DNA from: Oscillospiraceae bacterium
GTDB lineage: Bacteria; Bacillota; Clostridia; Oscillospirales; Ruminococcaceae
NCBI GenBank assembly: GCA_022508925.1
Contig: JAFLUF010000001.1
Span: 4,510-68,509 of the forward strand
Reading direction: 5' to 3'
DNA length: 64,000 nt
How positions within the stretch are numbered: the stretch's first letter is position 1; each line of letters begins with the position of its first letter. This document shows positions 28,006-37,950 of this stretch, in pieces. The position numbers were made by a program, and so were the translations under genes. Below the pieces are notes generated by a model. The model saw nothing but the letters and a program-made list of their open reading frames with translations, had not been told where the DNA came from and did no database searches.

Positions 28006-30738
28006 TCAGTTATTTTTGGAAACCGCTTTCGCGATCGCCTTTCTGATAAGGTCAACGGGGATTATTGATATCGCGGGGATAAGCACTACCAGCCACTCCG
28101 TGGCATTAAGTCCCCAGCCGGAGAGAATGCCCTGTCCGAGGTAGGTCATAAGGACCTGGACTACCGTGATTATTCCGAATACCGCCAAAAAGCCCTTGTT
28201 CTTGCCTAAGTTGTCGAAAAGGTTCATCTTGTCGGTTCTCGCGTTAAACGCGTTGAATACAGCGATAAAGATGAAGAACGCGAAATACGCCGTGTGAAGA
28301 ATGGCGTGAGTCTCATTCTCGATATGAACGTCGCGCAAAAATCCCCAGCTTTCGAGATAGCTTGTCGGATCGCCGCTCGGGAAAGAACCTAATATCAGCA
28401 TCGCCAGCGAAAGAATGAACGACCAGCCCGCGCCGACTGCGATCTCAGACAGCATATAGCGGCTGATGATCGGCTCGGTACGGCGTTTCGGCTTCTCGTG
28501 CATGAAGCGCTCGAGAGGCGGCTCTCCGCCGAACGCCAGCGCCGCGAGGGTATCCATTACGAGGTTTACCCAGAGTATCTGGATGACAGACAGCGGGTTT
28601 GCCACGCCGATAAGCGGGCAGATAAACGAGATAAGCACCGCCGCGACGTTTATCGTAAGCTGGAATACGATGAATTTTCTGATAGAGTTGAAGATCGTGC
28701 GTCCGTAGAGGATCGCCCTGTCGATCGAGTTGAAATTGTCATCGAGAATAACGATATCCGAGGCTTCCTTCGCAACCTCCGTGCCTCCGCCCATCGCAAA
28801 GCCTACGTCGGCTTTCTTGAGGGCAGGGGAGTCGTTTACGCCGTCGCCCGTCATACCGGCCACAAGGTCAAGCTCCTGCGCGAGCCTTACGAGACGGCTC
28901 TTGTCCGAGGGAAGCGCGCGCGCTATTACGCGGATATCCTTAAGCTTTGCCTTTATCTCGTCGTCGGACATTTTTGAAAGCTCATCAGAGGTGAGCATGA
29001 GGTTTGAGTCGTCGTCGATAAGTCCTGCTTCCTTCGCTATCGCGACAGCAGTTTCCTTGCGGTCGCCGGTTATCATAACTACCTGAACTCCCGCGCCCTT
29101 AACTTCCTTGATGGCGGTAACGGACTCGGGGCGAACCTCGTCGCGTATTCCCAAGCAGCCTACCAGCGTCCAGTTGTTTCCGTCGGGAAGAGCTTCCTCG
29201 CCGAGCGCGTCCGCGCTTGTAGCAAGCGCCAGCACGCGTATCGCACGGTTTGCCAGCTCGTCTATCTTAGCGTTGAGCGCCTTCATGTCAAACGGCTGTT
29301 TATTTCCGCTTTCGTCATAGTAATGCGAGCATCTCTGGAGAATCTTTTCGGGAGCGCCCTTAATGAGCGTCAGCTCGTATTCGCCGTCTATCTGCGTCGC
29401 GGAATACTTGTTCGTGGAGTTGAACGGAATGTTGTTCACCGCGACAATTTCCGCGTTTGAGGGGTTGTCAATTCCAAAGCCCAGAATAGCGCGCTCCGTG
29501 GCGTTTCCGCCGATAACGCGTCTTTCACTGCCCTCGCCGCTTATCATCGAGAGGGTGTTTTTATGAATGGAAAGCGCAAGCAGTTCCTTAAGCTTTCCGT
29601 TTACGTCGTTCATGGTCTTGTATTCATTGACCGCTCCGTCAATGAAGTCTATCGCCTCGAGCTTGCCCTTTGTGATAGTACCCGTCTTGTCGGAAAACAG
29701 AATGTTAAGCGAGCCGGCGGTCTCAATTCCCGCGACTTTGCGCACAAGAACGTTGTCCTTTAACATTTTGCCCATATTTTGCGCGGATACTATCGCTATC
29801 ATCAGCGGCAGACCCTCGGGCACCGCCATAACTATGATGATTACCGCGAGCATTACCGCCTGAATTACCGCTTCGACTATCGCCATCCACGCGACCTCTC
29901 CCGCGGGAGCTAAAAACGCCATTGGGTCAAAGCCCGTGTCGAAGAAGATCGTTTTCGCAAGCATCGCGATAGCTATCGCTATACCGCCGATATAGCCGAA
30001 TTTGGAAATACCGTCCGCAAGGTTTCCGAGCTTGAGTTTGAGAGGAGTTTCTCTGTCGTCGTCTGTCTGAAGTTCGCTTGCTATCTTGCCGTAAACCGAC
30101 TTGTCGCCTACGACCGTGACCTGCATTACCGCGTTTCCCGAGCAAACCACCGCGCCTCTGAAAACCTTGTATTCGTTGTCGAAATTCGTGTTTTCGTCAG
30201 TATCCGTCCAGCCCTCGGGGACAGCCTTTTTCTTTGCCTCGCGGCTTTCGCCGTTGAGAACCGACTGGTCTACCTTTATATCTCCGTCGATGATGATTCC
30301 GTCCGCGGGTATCTTATCGCCCGACTGAAGCAAAATAGCGTCGCCGATAACTATATCGTTTATCGCGACCTCGGAGATAACGCCGTTGCGGTAGGTTTTC
30401 ACCATTATCCTCGAGGCTTCTTCCTGAAGCTTCTGAAAGGCGTTTTCGTTTCTGTATTCGGAAAACGTCGAAACAAGCGTCGCCAAGCATATAGCGATAA
30501 ATATTCCGAGCGGCTCATACCATTCGGGCGCGCCCTCTTTTATTACTCCCGTAATTCCGAGGACCGCCAGCACAACGTTTATCAGCAGCGCGACGATAAG
30601 AATTTTTATCATCGGGTCGCCGAGGTTTCCCTTCAGCTTATCCCAGAAGCTTTCGCTTGCCTGTTCTGTCATGGAGTTGTCGCCGTATTTCGCTTTGCTT
30701 TCGGCGGCCTCCTGATCTGTTAAACCGAATTTCTTCAT
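28006..30738 (-). CDS. Calcium-translocating P-type ATPase, PMCA-like
   Basis: NGES, AVPEGLP, SDKTGT, KGAPE, TGD, TGDGVND, LWVNLVMDTLAALA. Confidence 0.93.
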   Translation of the reverse strand: MKKFGLTDQEAAESKAKYGDNSMTEQASESFWDKLKGNLGDPMIKILIVALLINVVLAVLGITGVIKEGAPEWYEPLGIFIAICLATLVSTFSEYRNENAFQKLQEEASRIMVKTYRNGVISEVAINDIVIGDAILLQSGDKIPADGIIIDGDIKVDQSVLNGESREAKKKAVPEGWTDTDENTNFDNEYKVFRGAVVCSGNAVMQVTVVGDKSVYGKIASELQTDDDRETPLKLKLGNLADGISKFGYIGGIAIAIAMLAKTIFFDTGFDPMAFLAPAGEVAWMAIVEAVIQAVMLAVIIIVMAVPEGLPLMIAIVSAQNMGKMLKDNVLVRKVAGIETAGSLNILFSDKTGTITKGKLEAIDFIDGAVNEYKTMNDVNGKLKELLALSIHKNTLSMISGEGSERRVIGGNATERAILGFGIDNPSNAEIVAVNNIPFNSTNKYSATQIDGEYELTLIKGAPEKILQRCSHYYDESGNKQPFDMKALNAKIDELANRAIRVLALATSADALGEEALPDGNNWTLVGCLGIRDEVRPESVTAIKEVKGAGVQVVMITGDRKETAVAIAKEAGLIDDDSNLMLTSDELSKMSDDEIKAKLKDIRVIARALPSDKSRLVRLAQELDLVAGMTGDGVNDSPALKKADVGFAMGGGTEVAKEASDIVILDDNFNSIDRAILYGRTIFNSIRKFIVFQLTINVAAVLISFICPLIGVANPLSVIQILWVNLVMDTLAALAFGGEPPLERFMHEKPKRRTEPIISRYMLSEIAVGAGWSFILSLAMLILGSFPSGDPTSYLESWGFLRDVHIENETHAILHTAYFAFFIFIAVFNAFNARTDKMNLFDNLGKNKGFLAVFGIITVVQVLMTYLGQGILSGWGLNATEWLVVLIPAISIIPVDLIRKAIAKAVSKNN

Positions 30739-30819
30739 TTCAGAGTTCCTTTCTAAAAGTAACTTAAAATTATGTCACGCGCACAGCGCATTAACCAACA
30801 ACTGTTGACTCATCGCCAT

Positions 30820-32313
30820 TCAGCCGATCATTACTTCGCACAGCAGTCCGTTTTCCTTTGCGGACATTCTGAAAACCGCCCTGTCTTTAAGCTCTATAGC
30901 GCTTCCTTTCGGAACAAGCCTTCCCGAGGGAGACATCATACCCTCCGCGCCGTTGTTCACCAAAAGCCACATTCCGTTGTGATACGCTATATACGCGCGC
31001 ATCTGCGGGTCGGCCTTTTCGTCGTTATGAACGTTGGAGAATATGTGCCAGTCGAAAACCGGCATTCTGTCAAACACCGCGACCTCGCTTTTGTCGCGGT
31101 AAACGCCTTTTCTTCCGGGCATTTCGCGCTTGAGGTTGAGAAGTATTATCCTATCCGCCGCCTTTGTTCCGCAGAACGGGCAGACGGGGTTGTTTTCGTC
31201 GCGCAGTATAAACCACTTTTTCTCACAGCCCGGATTGGCGCAAGGGATCAACTTATCCCAAGCCTTCAGCAGCTCGCGTTCCCATTCCATGGCGGTAGGA
31301 CGCTCGGAGGGATTGTGGAGTCCGTCCACAAACGCTCTCAGAAACAGCCTTTCCAGACCCTTTGAAAGCGAGTTTATCGTTATTTTCAGGTCGGGCGGTC
31401 GGTTCGACGTATCGTTCGGGTCTTCGATAAAGGTCGCCATAGAGCCAAGCCCGAGAAAATCGTCCTCTTCGGCGCTCGCGTTGCTGTAAATTTTCGGTCC
31501 GATAAGCGGATGCCGGCAGAAAAGGTATTCGTAAATAAGCACCGGCAGCGCGTGCAGATCGGTCTGCACGCACGGAAGCGCCCTGTTGGGGTTTCCGAAA
31601 TCAAGCGCCATGGTAGCCAAAACCTCGGGAGCTATATACCCGCGTGTTCCCACTACCTCGGGCGCGTACTTATTCGGCACGACCAGACTGTCAATGTCAA
31701 TAACCACCGCCGAGCCGGATTTAGGGTCTATAAGCACGTTGTTGCAGGAAAGATCCGAGTGCGCCAGACCCGCCTGATGCATTCGCCTTATCGAGCGGGA
31801 AAGGCTTATCGCCGTACCTAAGATAGTCCGGAAATCTCCACGCTCGGCGGGTGTAAGGTATTTTCGGTTCTTTCCCGTAAACCAGTTTGATTTCTTGTCC
31901 TTGCCCTTTAAATTAAGCACCGTAGAAGCGTCCGCGCCAAAGAAAAAATTCTTCGGATAGGTAGGGCATACTATCCCGAATTCGGGCTGTCTTACTATCG
32001 CCACAGGCCAGCAAAACCGCTGTCTGAAATACTCCGCGGTTTTCTCGGTATTTCCTACGGCCCCGCCGTCGGCTTCGGAAAGCGTGGGGTTGTATATTCC
32101 CGTGATAGTTCTTATTCTGTCCTGAATACGCGGATTTTTCGCGTCCTTTGGGTCGTTGAAAAACTGCACCGCGAATTTCCTGTCGGGAGTAAAAAACGTG
32201 TGCTTCATACCGCCGCGCGGCGCGTTCGGGTCAAACACAAATTCTATTGATGCGCCGTTTTCAAGCACGGCGGAAATCACTTCGCCGCTTCGCATTTTAC
32301 ACGTCCTTATCAA
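30820..32313 (-). CDS. Ser/Thr protein kinase of the TerY-phosphorylation triad, with Zn ribbon and FHA-like C-terminus
   Basis: HSDLSCNNVL, IDID, GTRGYIAPE, HPLIG, RPTAMEW; CANPGC...CPFC. Confidence 0.9.
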   Translation of the reverse strand: MIRTCKMRSGEVISAVLENGASIEFVFDPNAPRGGMKHTFFTPDRKFAVQFFNDPKDAKNPRIQDRIRTITGIYNPTLSEADGGAVGNTEKTAEYFRQRFCWPVAIVRQPEFGIVCPTYPKNFFFGADASTVLNLKGKDKKSNWFTGKNRKYLTPAERGDFRTILGTAISLSRSIRRMHQAGLAHSDLSCNNVLIDPKSGSAVVIDIDSLVVPNKYAPEVVGTRGYIAPEVLATMALDFGNPNRALPCVQTDLHALPVLIYEYLFCRHPLIGPKIYSNASAEEDDFLGLGSMATFIEDPNDTSNRPPDLKITINSLSKGLERLFLRAFVDGLHNPSERPTAMEWERELLKAWDKLIPCANPGCEKKWFILRDENNPVCPFCGTKAADRIILLNLKREMPGRKGVYRDKSEVAVFDRMPVFDWHIFSNVHNDEKADPQMRAYIAYHNGMWLLVNNGAEGMMSPSGRLVPKGSAIELKDRAVFRMSAKENGLLCEVMIG

Positions 32314-33769
32314 AATTTGAGAAATCTATAATAACAAGCGTTCTGTCGTCAAAGCTCGTGCGTTCGTTGTAGTTGTCGAGCCATATTCTCAGACGCTTTT
32401 CCGAGGTGTCGCCTATATTTATCCCAAACGCCTCAAGCGAGTGGCATTTAAGCGAATCGCGCTTATCCCAAAGTGCCCTCATGCTTTCCGGGGAACTGTC
32501 CGAAAGCAATTGCTTCGCGTATTGCAGCGCAACGCTCTGCTTGCTCATCGAAACGCTCTTGAATCTTATCGGCGCGGGATCCTCCGCCTGAGAAGCGTCG
32601 CCCGCCATGTTGATAACTCCGTTCAGACCTAAATCAAGATACAGCCTCTGCATCATCGGCACAGCGGGGAAATAGTCGTCCGCGACGCCGTCCGACATAA
32701 GCATGATAACATCAGAAGCGCCCCTGCTCACGCGCGTTTTCGCGGCAATTGCCGCGTCGATGGTGTTTTTTGAGGAAAGAAAGTCCGTTTCGCTCGAAAA
32801 CTTTCCGCTGTCCGCTTCGCCCATAAGCTTTACCGAGTGCTCGCCGTCCTCCTTGCTGTTTACCGCGCAGATACAGCCGTCGCCTATCTGCACGCACACC
32901 ATAAACCTCTGTTTTGTCCCGCCTATGACAAGCGGCACAACCACCGCCGCCAGAAACGTCGTTGACATATCGGCGAGGATAGGTTTTCTCCCAAGCGCGC
33001 TGATATACTTTTCATCGCTTTCGAGCCTTGAAAGCTCCTCGTTCTGCGCTTTAAGAGCTTCTCTCGCGGACTGCTGGACAAGCGACGCGATCTTCCCGCA
33101 CGCGCCCATAAACTCCGCCGATTGAAGATCGGCGCATAGCCCGTCTTTAAGCCTCGGCTCGTCTTTAAACAATTCCGAGAGTTTATCTTTCAGAAATTTT
33201 ACCGCGGACTCTGCGCTTACTCTCGAGCCTATTCTCGAAAGCGGCTTGGAGCCTGCGCCGTCGCAGACCGCCACAGCCGCGAAGTCTTCTCCGTACGCTG
33301 TTTCAAAATAATCGTCGCAGTTGGTGCCGTTATGCTTGTGCGCTTTTCCGCGTACCCTCGCGCCGATAATTTTCCCAAACGGCATTTCCGAGAGCTTTTC
33401 GTGAAACTCAGTATGCATTTCCGTGCCGTTGTCGACAATATCCATATACTGCCAGACATTGGCGGTATGCTCCATAACCTGCATATCCGACAAATGTACC
33501 GGCAAAGGCTGTTCGTCCGAAGAATTTTCGCCGCCCCCGGGCTGATCGTTCCCGTCGGACGCATTGGACACATCGGACGCATTGTTTTCATCTTCATTTG
33601 CAGCCTTTGCGCCGTTATTGTCAGCAAACTGCGGTTTTTCCTTTTCCGCTACTTTCTGAGCGATTTCGAGCGTATCCTCGTCGTCAATCAGTACCGAAAG
33701 CTGGGCTTCCGATCTGTCAATTACAAGCTCTTCCTCTTCGGAAATATTGCGGGAAAAATCGTTGTCCAT
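32297..33769 (-). CDS. PP2C-type protein phosphatase (TerY-P triad) with acidic N-terminal extension
   Basis: RGKAH...NCDD, VCDGAGS, QIGDG, LMSDGVADD, DDRTL. Confidence 0.92.
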   Translation of the reverse strand: MDNDFSRNISEEEELVIDRSEAQLSVLIDDEDTLEIAQKVAEKEKPQFADNNGAKAANEDENNASDVSNASDGNDQPGGGENSSDEQPLPVHLSDMQVMEHTANVWQYMDIVDNGTEMHTEFHEKLSEMPFGKIIGARVRGKAHKHNGTNCDDYFETAYGEDFAAVAVCDGAGSKPLSRIGSRVSAESAVKFLKDKLSELFKDEPRLKDGLCADLQSAEFMGACGKIASLVQQSAREALKAQNEELSRLESDEKYISALGRKPILADMSTTFLAAVVVPLVIGGTKQRFMVCVQIGDGCICAVNSKEDGEHSVKLMGEADSGKFSSETDFLSSKNTIDAAIAAKTRVSRGASDVIMLMSDGVADDYFPAVPMMQRLYLDLGLNGVINMAGDASQAEDPAPIRFKSVSMSKQSVALQYAKQLLSDSSPESMRALWDKRDSLKCHSLEAFGINIGDTSEKRLRIWLDNYNERTSFDDRTLVIIDFSNFDKDV

Positions 33770-33810
33770 TAAAAATCCTCCCGAAAATCAAACGAAAGCG
33801 GATAAATGTC

Positions 33811-34452
33811 TCAGGGAACGATAACGAAGCCCTGTGGAGGCGGAGGAAGCTCGATGGCTTCTCCGGGTTTTGCGTCGATGCTCTTCGACGAGACCTGGAT
33901 AGAGCTTGATACCCACGCGAAAAACTGCGCCATATCTCCCGCCGTAAGATTGTTCATCATAAGCACGTTGTTTGTAATTTTCTTGAGCGCGTTGGCGTTG
34001 GCGTTCGCGCCCGCTCCGCAGGCGATTATGTTGCCCGTGGAGACCTGCTTTATTGCGTCGATACCCTCGTCGAGATTATCTGTCGGAGCGCCGTCCGTCA
34101 TAAGGAAAACCAGCGGCTTCCAGTCGCCCTTCTGAGTGTCAGTGGAAGTACGCACCTCGTTTTTTATACAGTCAGCCAACACTTTAAGCGCGCCGCCGAG
34201 AGCCGTGGCTCCGCCCGCGCTGAGCTGGGGCTCTTTAAACACCATAAGCTCCGTAAGCGGGCATATCTGCCTCGCGGAGCTGTCAAACGTGATTATCGAA
34301 AGATACGCGGTCTCAAGAGCCTGAGGGTCGCCCTTAAGCTCCGACAAAAGCGTTTTAAGCCCCTGTTTTACGGCCTCGATAGGCTCTCCCGCCATAGAGC
34401 CGCTGCAGTCAAGAAGCAAGTATACGGGAAGCCGTCTTATATAGTCAGACAT
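33811..34452 (-). CDS. terY: TerY-family von Willebrand factor A protein
   Basis: RRLPVYLLLDCSGSMAGEPI (MIDAS), GGATALG, KGDWKPLVFLMTDG, FFAWVSSSI, LPPPP. Confidence 0.94.
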   Translation of the reverse strand: MSDYIRRLPVYLLLDCSGSMAGEPIEAVKQGLKTLLSELKGDPQALETAYLSIITFDSSARQICPLTELMVFKEPQLSAGGATALGGALKVLADCIKNEVRTSTDTQKGDWKPLVFLMTDGAPTDNLDEGIDAIKQVSTGNIIACGAGANANANALKKITNNVLMMNNLTAGDMAQFFAWVSSSIQVSSKSIDAKPGEAIELPPPPQGFVIVP

Positions 34453-34537
34453 TTTTGATTCATTCCTCCGTCAAAGATCCTCGGCAGGCTGTGTAAGTGT
34501 AAAAAAGTCATAAAAACACCCGCCGGCACACATCTAT

Positions 34538-34577
34538 ATTATAACTCAAAATAATAGACCTGTCAATAGTTTTGACA
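34538..34577 (-). promoter_or_regulatory. Sigma-A promoter of the ter operon with a palindrome at the -35
   Basis: TTGACA(34566-34561)-N17-TATAAT(34543-34538); TGTCAA-N5-TTGACA inverted repeat. Confidence 0.72.
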
Positions 34578-34774
34578 AATTTTTACCCGTCAGTCAGCCT
34601 GTAAAAGGCGAGCCGCCTTTGGCTGTCCGTCTCATATGTGAAACGTTTTCAAATGTTGTTGCTCGAATTGTGCGATACTTATTGCAACACGTTCCTTTAA
34701 AGGGGTTGATTTTTCACTTGATTTGTGATATAATATCCTATTATTTGCTCTTGGGCTTTTAGGAAGTGAATTTT

Positions 34775-35317
34775 ATGCAGCGTCTCAAAGAGATTTTTTC
34801 CCTTATGAAAACCCGTGACGGAAGGCGTGAGCTTTTCAAAAAATACCGCGAGATAGTTATGTATCTGATATTCGGCGTTGCCACAACGCTTGTGTCGATA
34901 ATAAGCTATGCTGTTTTCCGAATGTTTTTTCCAAATGCCGAAAGCGTTCCCGACTGGCTTAAGTGGATATTTACGCTTACCTCGCGGTTTGGCATCGAAA
35001 GCGGGACCGTTTTGCCGAATATTCTGTCATGGATGATCGCGAGCACATTTGCGTTCATAACAAACAGACTTGTTGTGTTTAAAAGCGAGAATAAAACTCC
35101 CTCAAAAATTATACTCGAAGCGCTGAGATTTTACGCCTCGAGAATTTCGACTTTGTTTGTCGACATCGTGCTGATGTTTCTGCTCGTCGATCTTACGGGA
35201 TTTCACGCTGTATGGTATGAGATTTTCGCGAAGATTTTCACAAATATAATTGTCATTGTTTTAAACTATATTTTCAGCAAAATATTCGTGTTTAAAAAAA
35301 CAAAAAATTCCGAATAA
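34775..35317 (+). CDS. GtrA family membrane protein
   Basis: YLIFGVATTLV, FAFITNRLVVFK, LNYIFSKIFVFK; AGGAAG RBS precedes ATG at 34775. Confidence 0.9.
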   Translation: MQRLKEIFSLMKTRDGRRELFKKYREIVMYLIFGVATTLVSIISYAVFRMFFPNAESVPDWLKWIFTLTSRFGIESGTVLPNILSWMIASTFAFITNRLVVFKSENKTPSKIILEALRFYASRISTLFVDIVLMFLLVDLTGFHAVWYEIFAKIFTNIIVIVLNYIFSKIFVFKKTKNSE

Positions 35318-35357
35318 AATTTTAAAAAAATTCAATATGAAATTTAATATTATTCAT

Positions 35358-35389
35358 CGCCTTTTTCCTACCGGAAAAGGCGTTTTTTT
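35358..35389 (+). terminator. Intrinsic terminator after gtrA
   Basis: CGCCTTTT...AAAAGGCG hairpin followed by T7. Confidence 0.7.
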
Positions 35390-35649
35390 GTTAACATTAT
35401 TTATATGCGTAAAATCTTGTAATATAAGCTGTCAGCGCCTGAAAAATTATATAAAAAATTATATAAAAAATCATGGCGGTTTAAATAATGAAAATAAATA
35501 AAAAATCGTAATAAAATATGCAGAAAATATTAAAAAAAATACTCGTAAATTATCGAAAAAACACGCGGATTAAAATTTGCGCCGCCGCATAAGTTTTTGA
35601 CCTTCGGCTCATAATAGAATTATCCAAAATTTTCAAGCGAGGTGTTTTT

Positions 35650-37950
35650 ATGGGAAATTCGGAGATACCCGCGTTTTCGGCGGAAGCTGCGGGCGCTCTT
35701 GCGAGCGCCATTGCCATTGCGGGACAAATGGGTCATAAATATGTCGGGAGCGAGCATTTGCTGTGCGCGCTGGCGAAAAATCCCGAAAGCGCGGCAGGCG
35801 TGGCATTGGCGCGCGAGGGCGTTCAGTTTCGCTCGCTTATTATGGAGCTAAAAGAACGGGCGGGCTTTTCTCAGGCGGCTCAGCTTTGCGAAAAGGATTT
35901 TTCGCCGCGTCTGAAAAAGCTGCTTTCCTTGGCGCGAAGCAGCGCGTCGTCAAGAGGCGACGGCTTTGTCGGAACAGAGCATATTTTGCTGGCTATGCTT
36001 TCAGACCGCGACTGCGCGGCGTATTCTATCCTGTCCGAGCAGGGGATAAAGCTTGCCGCTGAGTCAAACGTGAAAAAATACGAACCGCCCTGCTTTGACC
36101 AACAGGACGGAAAAACCAAAAGATCCGACCGCAAAGGAGATTTTCCGGCGCTTAACAAGTACGCGACCGAGCTTACCGCGCTCGCAAAGGACGGAAAACT
36201 CGACCCTGTCGTCGAGCGTGACGCGGAGATAGAGCGTCTTGTGCAGATATTGCTTAGGCGAAGCAAAAACAATCCATGTCTTATCGGCGAGGCGGGCGTG
36301 GGAAAAACCGCCGTTGTAGAGGGCTTCGCGCAGAGGATAGCGGCGGGGAGCGTTCCGGACGAGCTTCTGGAAAAGCGTGTTTTTGCTCTCGATTTAGCGT
36401 CCTGCCTTTCGGGGGCGAAATACCGCGGAGATTTCGAGGAGCGTCTGAAGAGCGTGCTGGACGAGGCGGCGGGAAATTCGAGCGTTATTCTTTTCATCGA
36501 CGAGATACACATGATAGTCGGCACGGGAGCCGCCGAAGGCGCAATTGACGCGGCAAGCATATTGAAGCCTCAGCTCGCCCGAGGCAAGATAACGCTGATA
36601 GGAGCGACCACCACCGACGAATACCGTAGGTTTATCGAAAAGGACAGCGCGCTCGAGCGACGTTTTCAGCCGATAAATGTGGAACAGCCCGACGAGCGTC
36701 AGGCGCTGCGGATTTTAAACGGACTGAGACCCCGTCTTGAAGAGCACCACCGCGCTATAATAACCGACCGTGCCGTAGAGGCTGCCGTAAGGCTTTCCGA
36801 GCGCTTTATAAACGACCGAAAACTGCCCGATAAGGCAATCGACCTGCTTGACGAGGCGGCGGCGTCCGCGAGGACGCACAGGCAAAGCGAAAAAACCACT
36901 CTTTTCCGCGCCGTAAAGGAGCAGATAAGGCGTGAGCGCGTGGTCGTAGACGAAAGCGACGTCGCGCGCGCGGCGGCTATGATAACGGGCATACCGGCGG
37001 AGAAGCTCGGCGTTGACGAAAGTGAAAAGCTGCAGAATCTTGAGAGTACGCTGTCCGAAAGGGTTATCGGGCAAGAGCGCGCCGTGTCGCTTGCCGCAAA
37101 GGCGATCCGCCGCGGAAGAGCGGGGCTTTGCGACCCCAACCGCCCGATAGGCTCGTTTTTCTTTCTCGGTCAGACGGGAGTAGGAAAGACAGAGCTGTGC
37201 AAGGCGCTTGCCGAGGCGGTATTCGGCGACGGAAAAAGGCTGTTGAGGTTTGATATGTCCGAGTTTGCGGAGCGCCATTCCGTGTCAAAGCTTATAGGCT
37301 CCCCTCCCGGTTACGCGGGCTGTGAGCAGGAGGGAAGGCTGATAAAGGAAGTACGCTCAAATCCCTATTCCGTGGTGTTGTTTGACGAGGCGGAAAAAGC
37401 CCATCCGGATGTGCTTAATATTCTTCTTCAGATACTTGAGGACGGAAAGCTCACCTCTGCCGACGGCAGAAGCGCGGATTTTACCAACACCATAGTTATT
37501 CTGACGGGAAACGCGGGCGCGGAAGAGCTTGAACGAAGATCCATGGGCTTCGGGAAAAATTCTTCATCTGAAAGCGCCGATGTGATAAAGGCGCTGAAAA
37601 AGCAGTTCCGACCCGAACTGCTCAACAGAATTGACAATATCATAGTGTTTGAAAAACTTACGTCGGAAAATATGGAAAAGATATGCCGAAAGCTGCTTAA
37701 GGGAGTTTCACAAAGAGCACAGCTCTGCGGGATAGAGCTGTCGTTTGACGAAAGCGCGGTAAAGGCGCTTTGCCGAAGCTCTCTCGACGAAAACATGGGA
37801 GCAAGGCCCTTAAGACGTGAAATAACCGCGAAGATCGAGGATATGCTCGGAAGTAAGATGATCTCCGGGGAGATACCCGAAAGATCGCGCGCCGAAATCT
37901 TCGCGCAGGGCGAGGATTTCGGCGTGAGGATACTTGCTGAAAGTCTCTGA
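35650..37950 (+). CDS. clpC: ClpC-like ATP-dependent Clp protease ATPase subunit
   Basis: Two Clp-N repeats (SEHLL/TEHILL), GEAGVGKT, FIDEIH, LPDKAIDLLDEA, GQTGVGKT, FDEAEKAHPDV, MGF loop. Confidence 0.9.
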   Translation: MGNSEIPAFSAEAAGALASAIAIAGQMGHKYVGSEHLLCALAKNPESAAGVALAREGVQFRSLIMELKERAGFSQAAQLCEKDFSPRLKKLLSLARSSASSRGDGFVGTEHILLAMLSDRDCAAYSILSEQGIKLAAESNVKKYEPPCFDQQDGKTKRSDRKGDFPALNKYATELTALAKDGKLDPVVERDAEIERLVQILLRRSKNNPCLIGEAGVGKTAVVEGFAQRIAAGSVPDELLEKRVFALDLASCLSGAKYRGDFEERLKSVLDEAAGNSSVILFIDEIHMIVGTGAAEGAIDAASILKPQLARGKITLIGATTTDEYRRFIEKDSALERRFQPINVEQPDERQALRILNGLRPRLEEHHRAIITDRAVEAAVRLSERFINDRKLPDKAIDLLDEAAASARTHRQSEKTTLFRAVKEQIRRERVVVDESDVARAAAMITGIPAEKLGVDESEKLQNLESTLSERVIGQERAVSLAAKAIRRGRAGLCDPNRPIGSFFFLGQTGVGKTELCKALAEAVFGDGKRLLRFDMSEFAERHSVSKLIGSPPGYAGCEQEGRLIKEVRSNPYSVVLFDEAEKAHPDVLNILLQILEDGKLTSADGRSADFTNTIVILTGNAGAEELERRSMGFGKNSSSESADVIKALKKQFRPELLNRIDNIIVFEKLTSENMEKICRKLLKGVSQRAQLCGIELSFDESAVKALCRSSLDENMGARPLRREITAKIEDMLGSKMISGEIPERSRAEIFAQGEDFGVRILAESL

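Noticed and set aside
30739-30820. yybP-ykoY (Mn2+) riboswitch upstream of the P-type ATPase or terY
   Set aside because: No GGGGAGTAG-type core recognisable here or in 34453-34535.
22523-34452. ter operon as a mobile defence island
   Set aside because: No integrase, tRNA, att repeats or visible compositional shift; it looks chromosomally resident.
34636-34652. cre/LacI-type operator TGTGAAACGTTTTCA
   Set aside because: Imperfect symmetry, and the flanking genes are not catabolic.
35594-35603. CtsR box upstream of clpC
   Set aside because: Only one reversed half-site (TTTGACC), not the direct heptad repeat.
35390-35630. AT-rich tract with AAAAATTATATA repeats as a replication origin
   Set aside because: No cluster of DnaA boxes and no dnaA/rep gene; at most one imperfect box.
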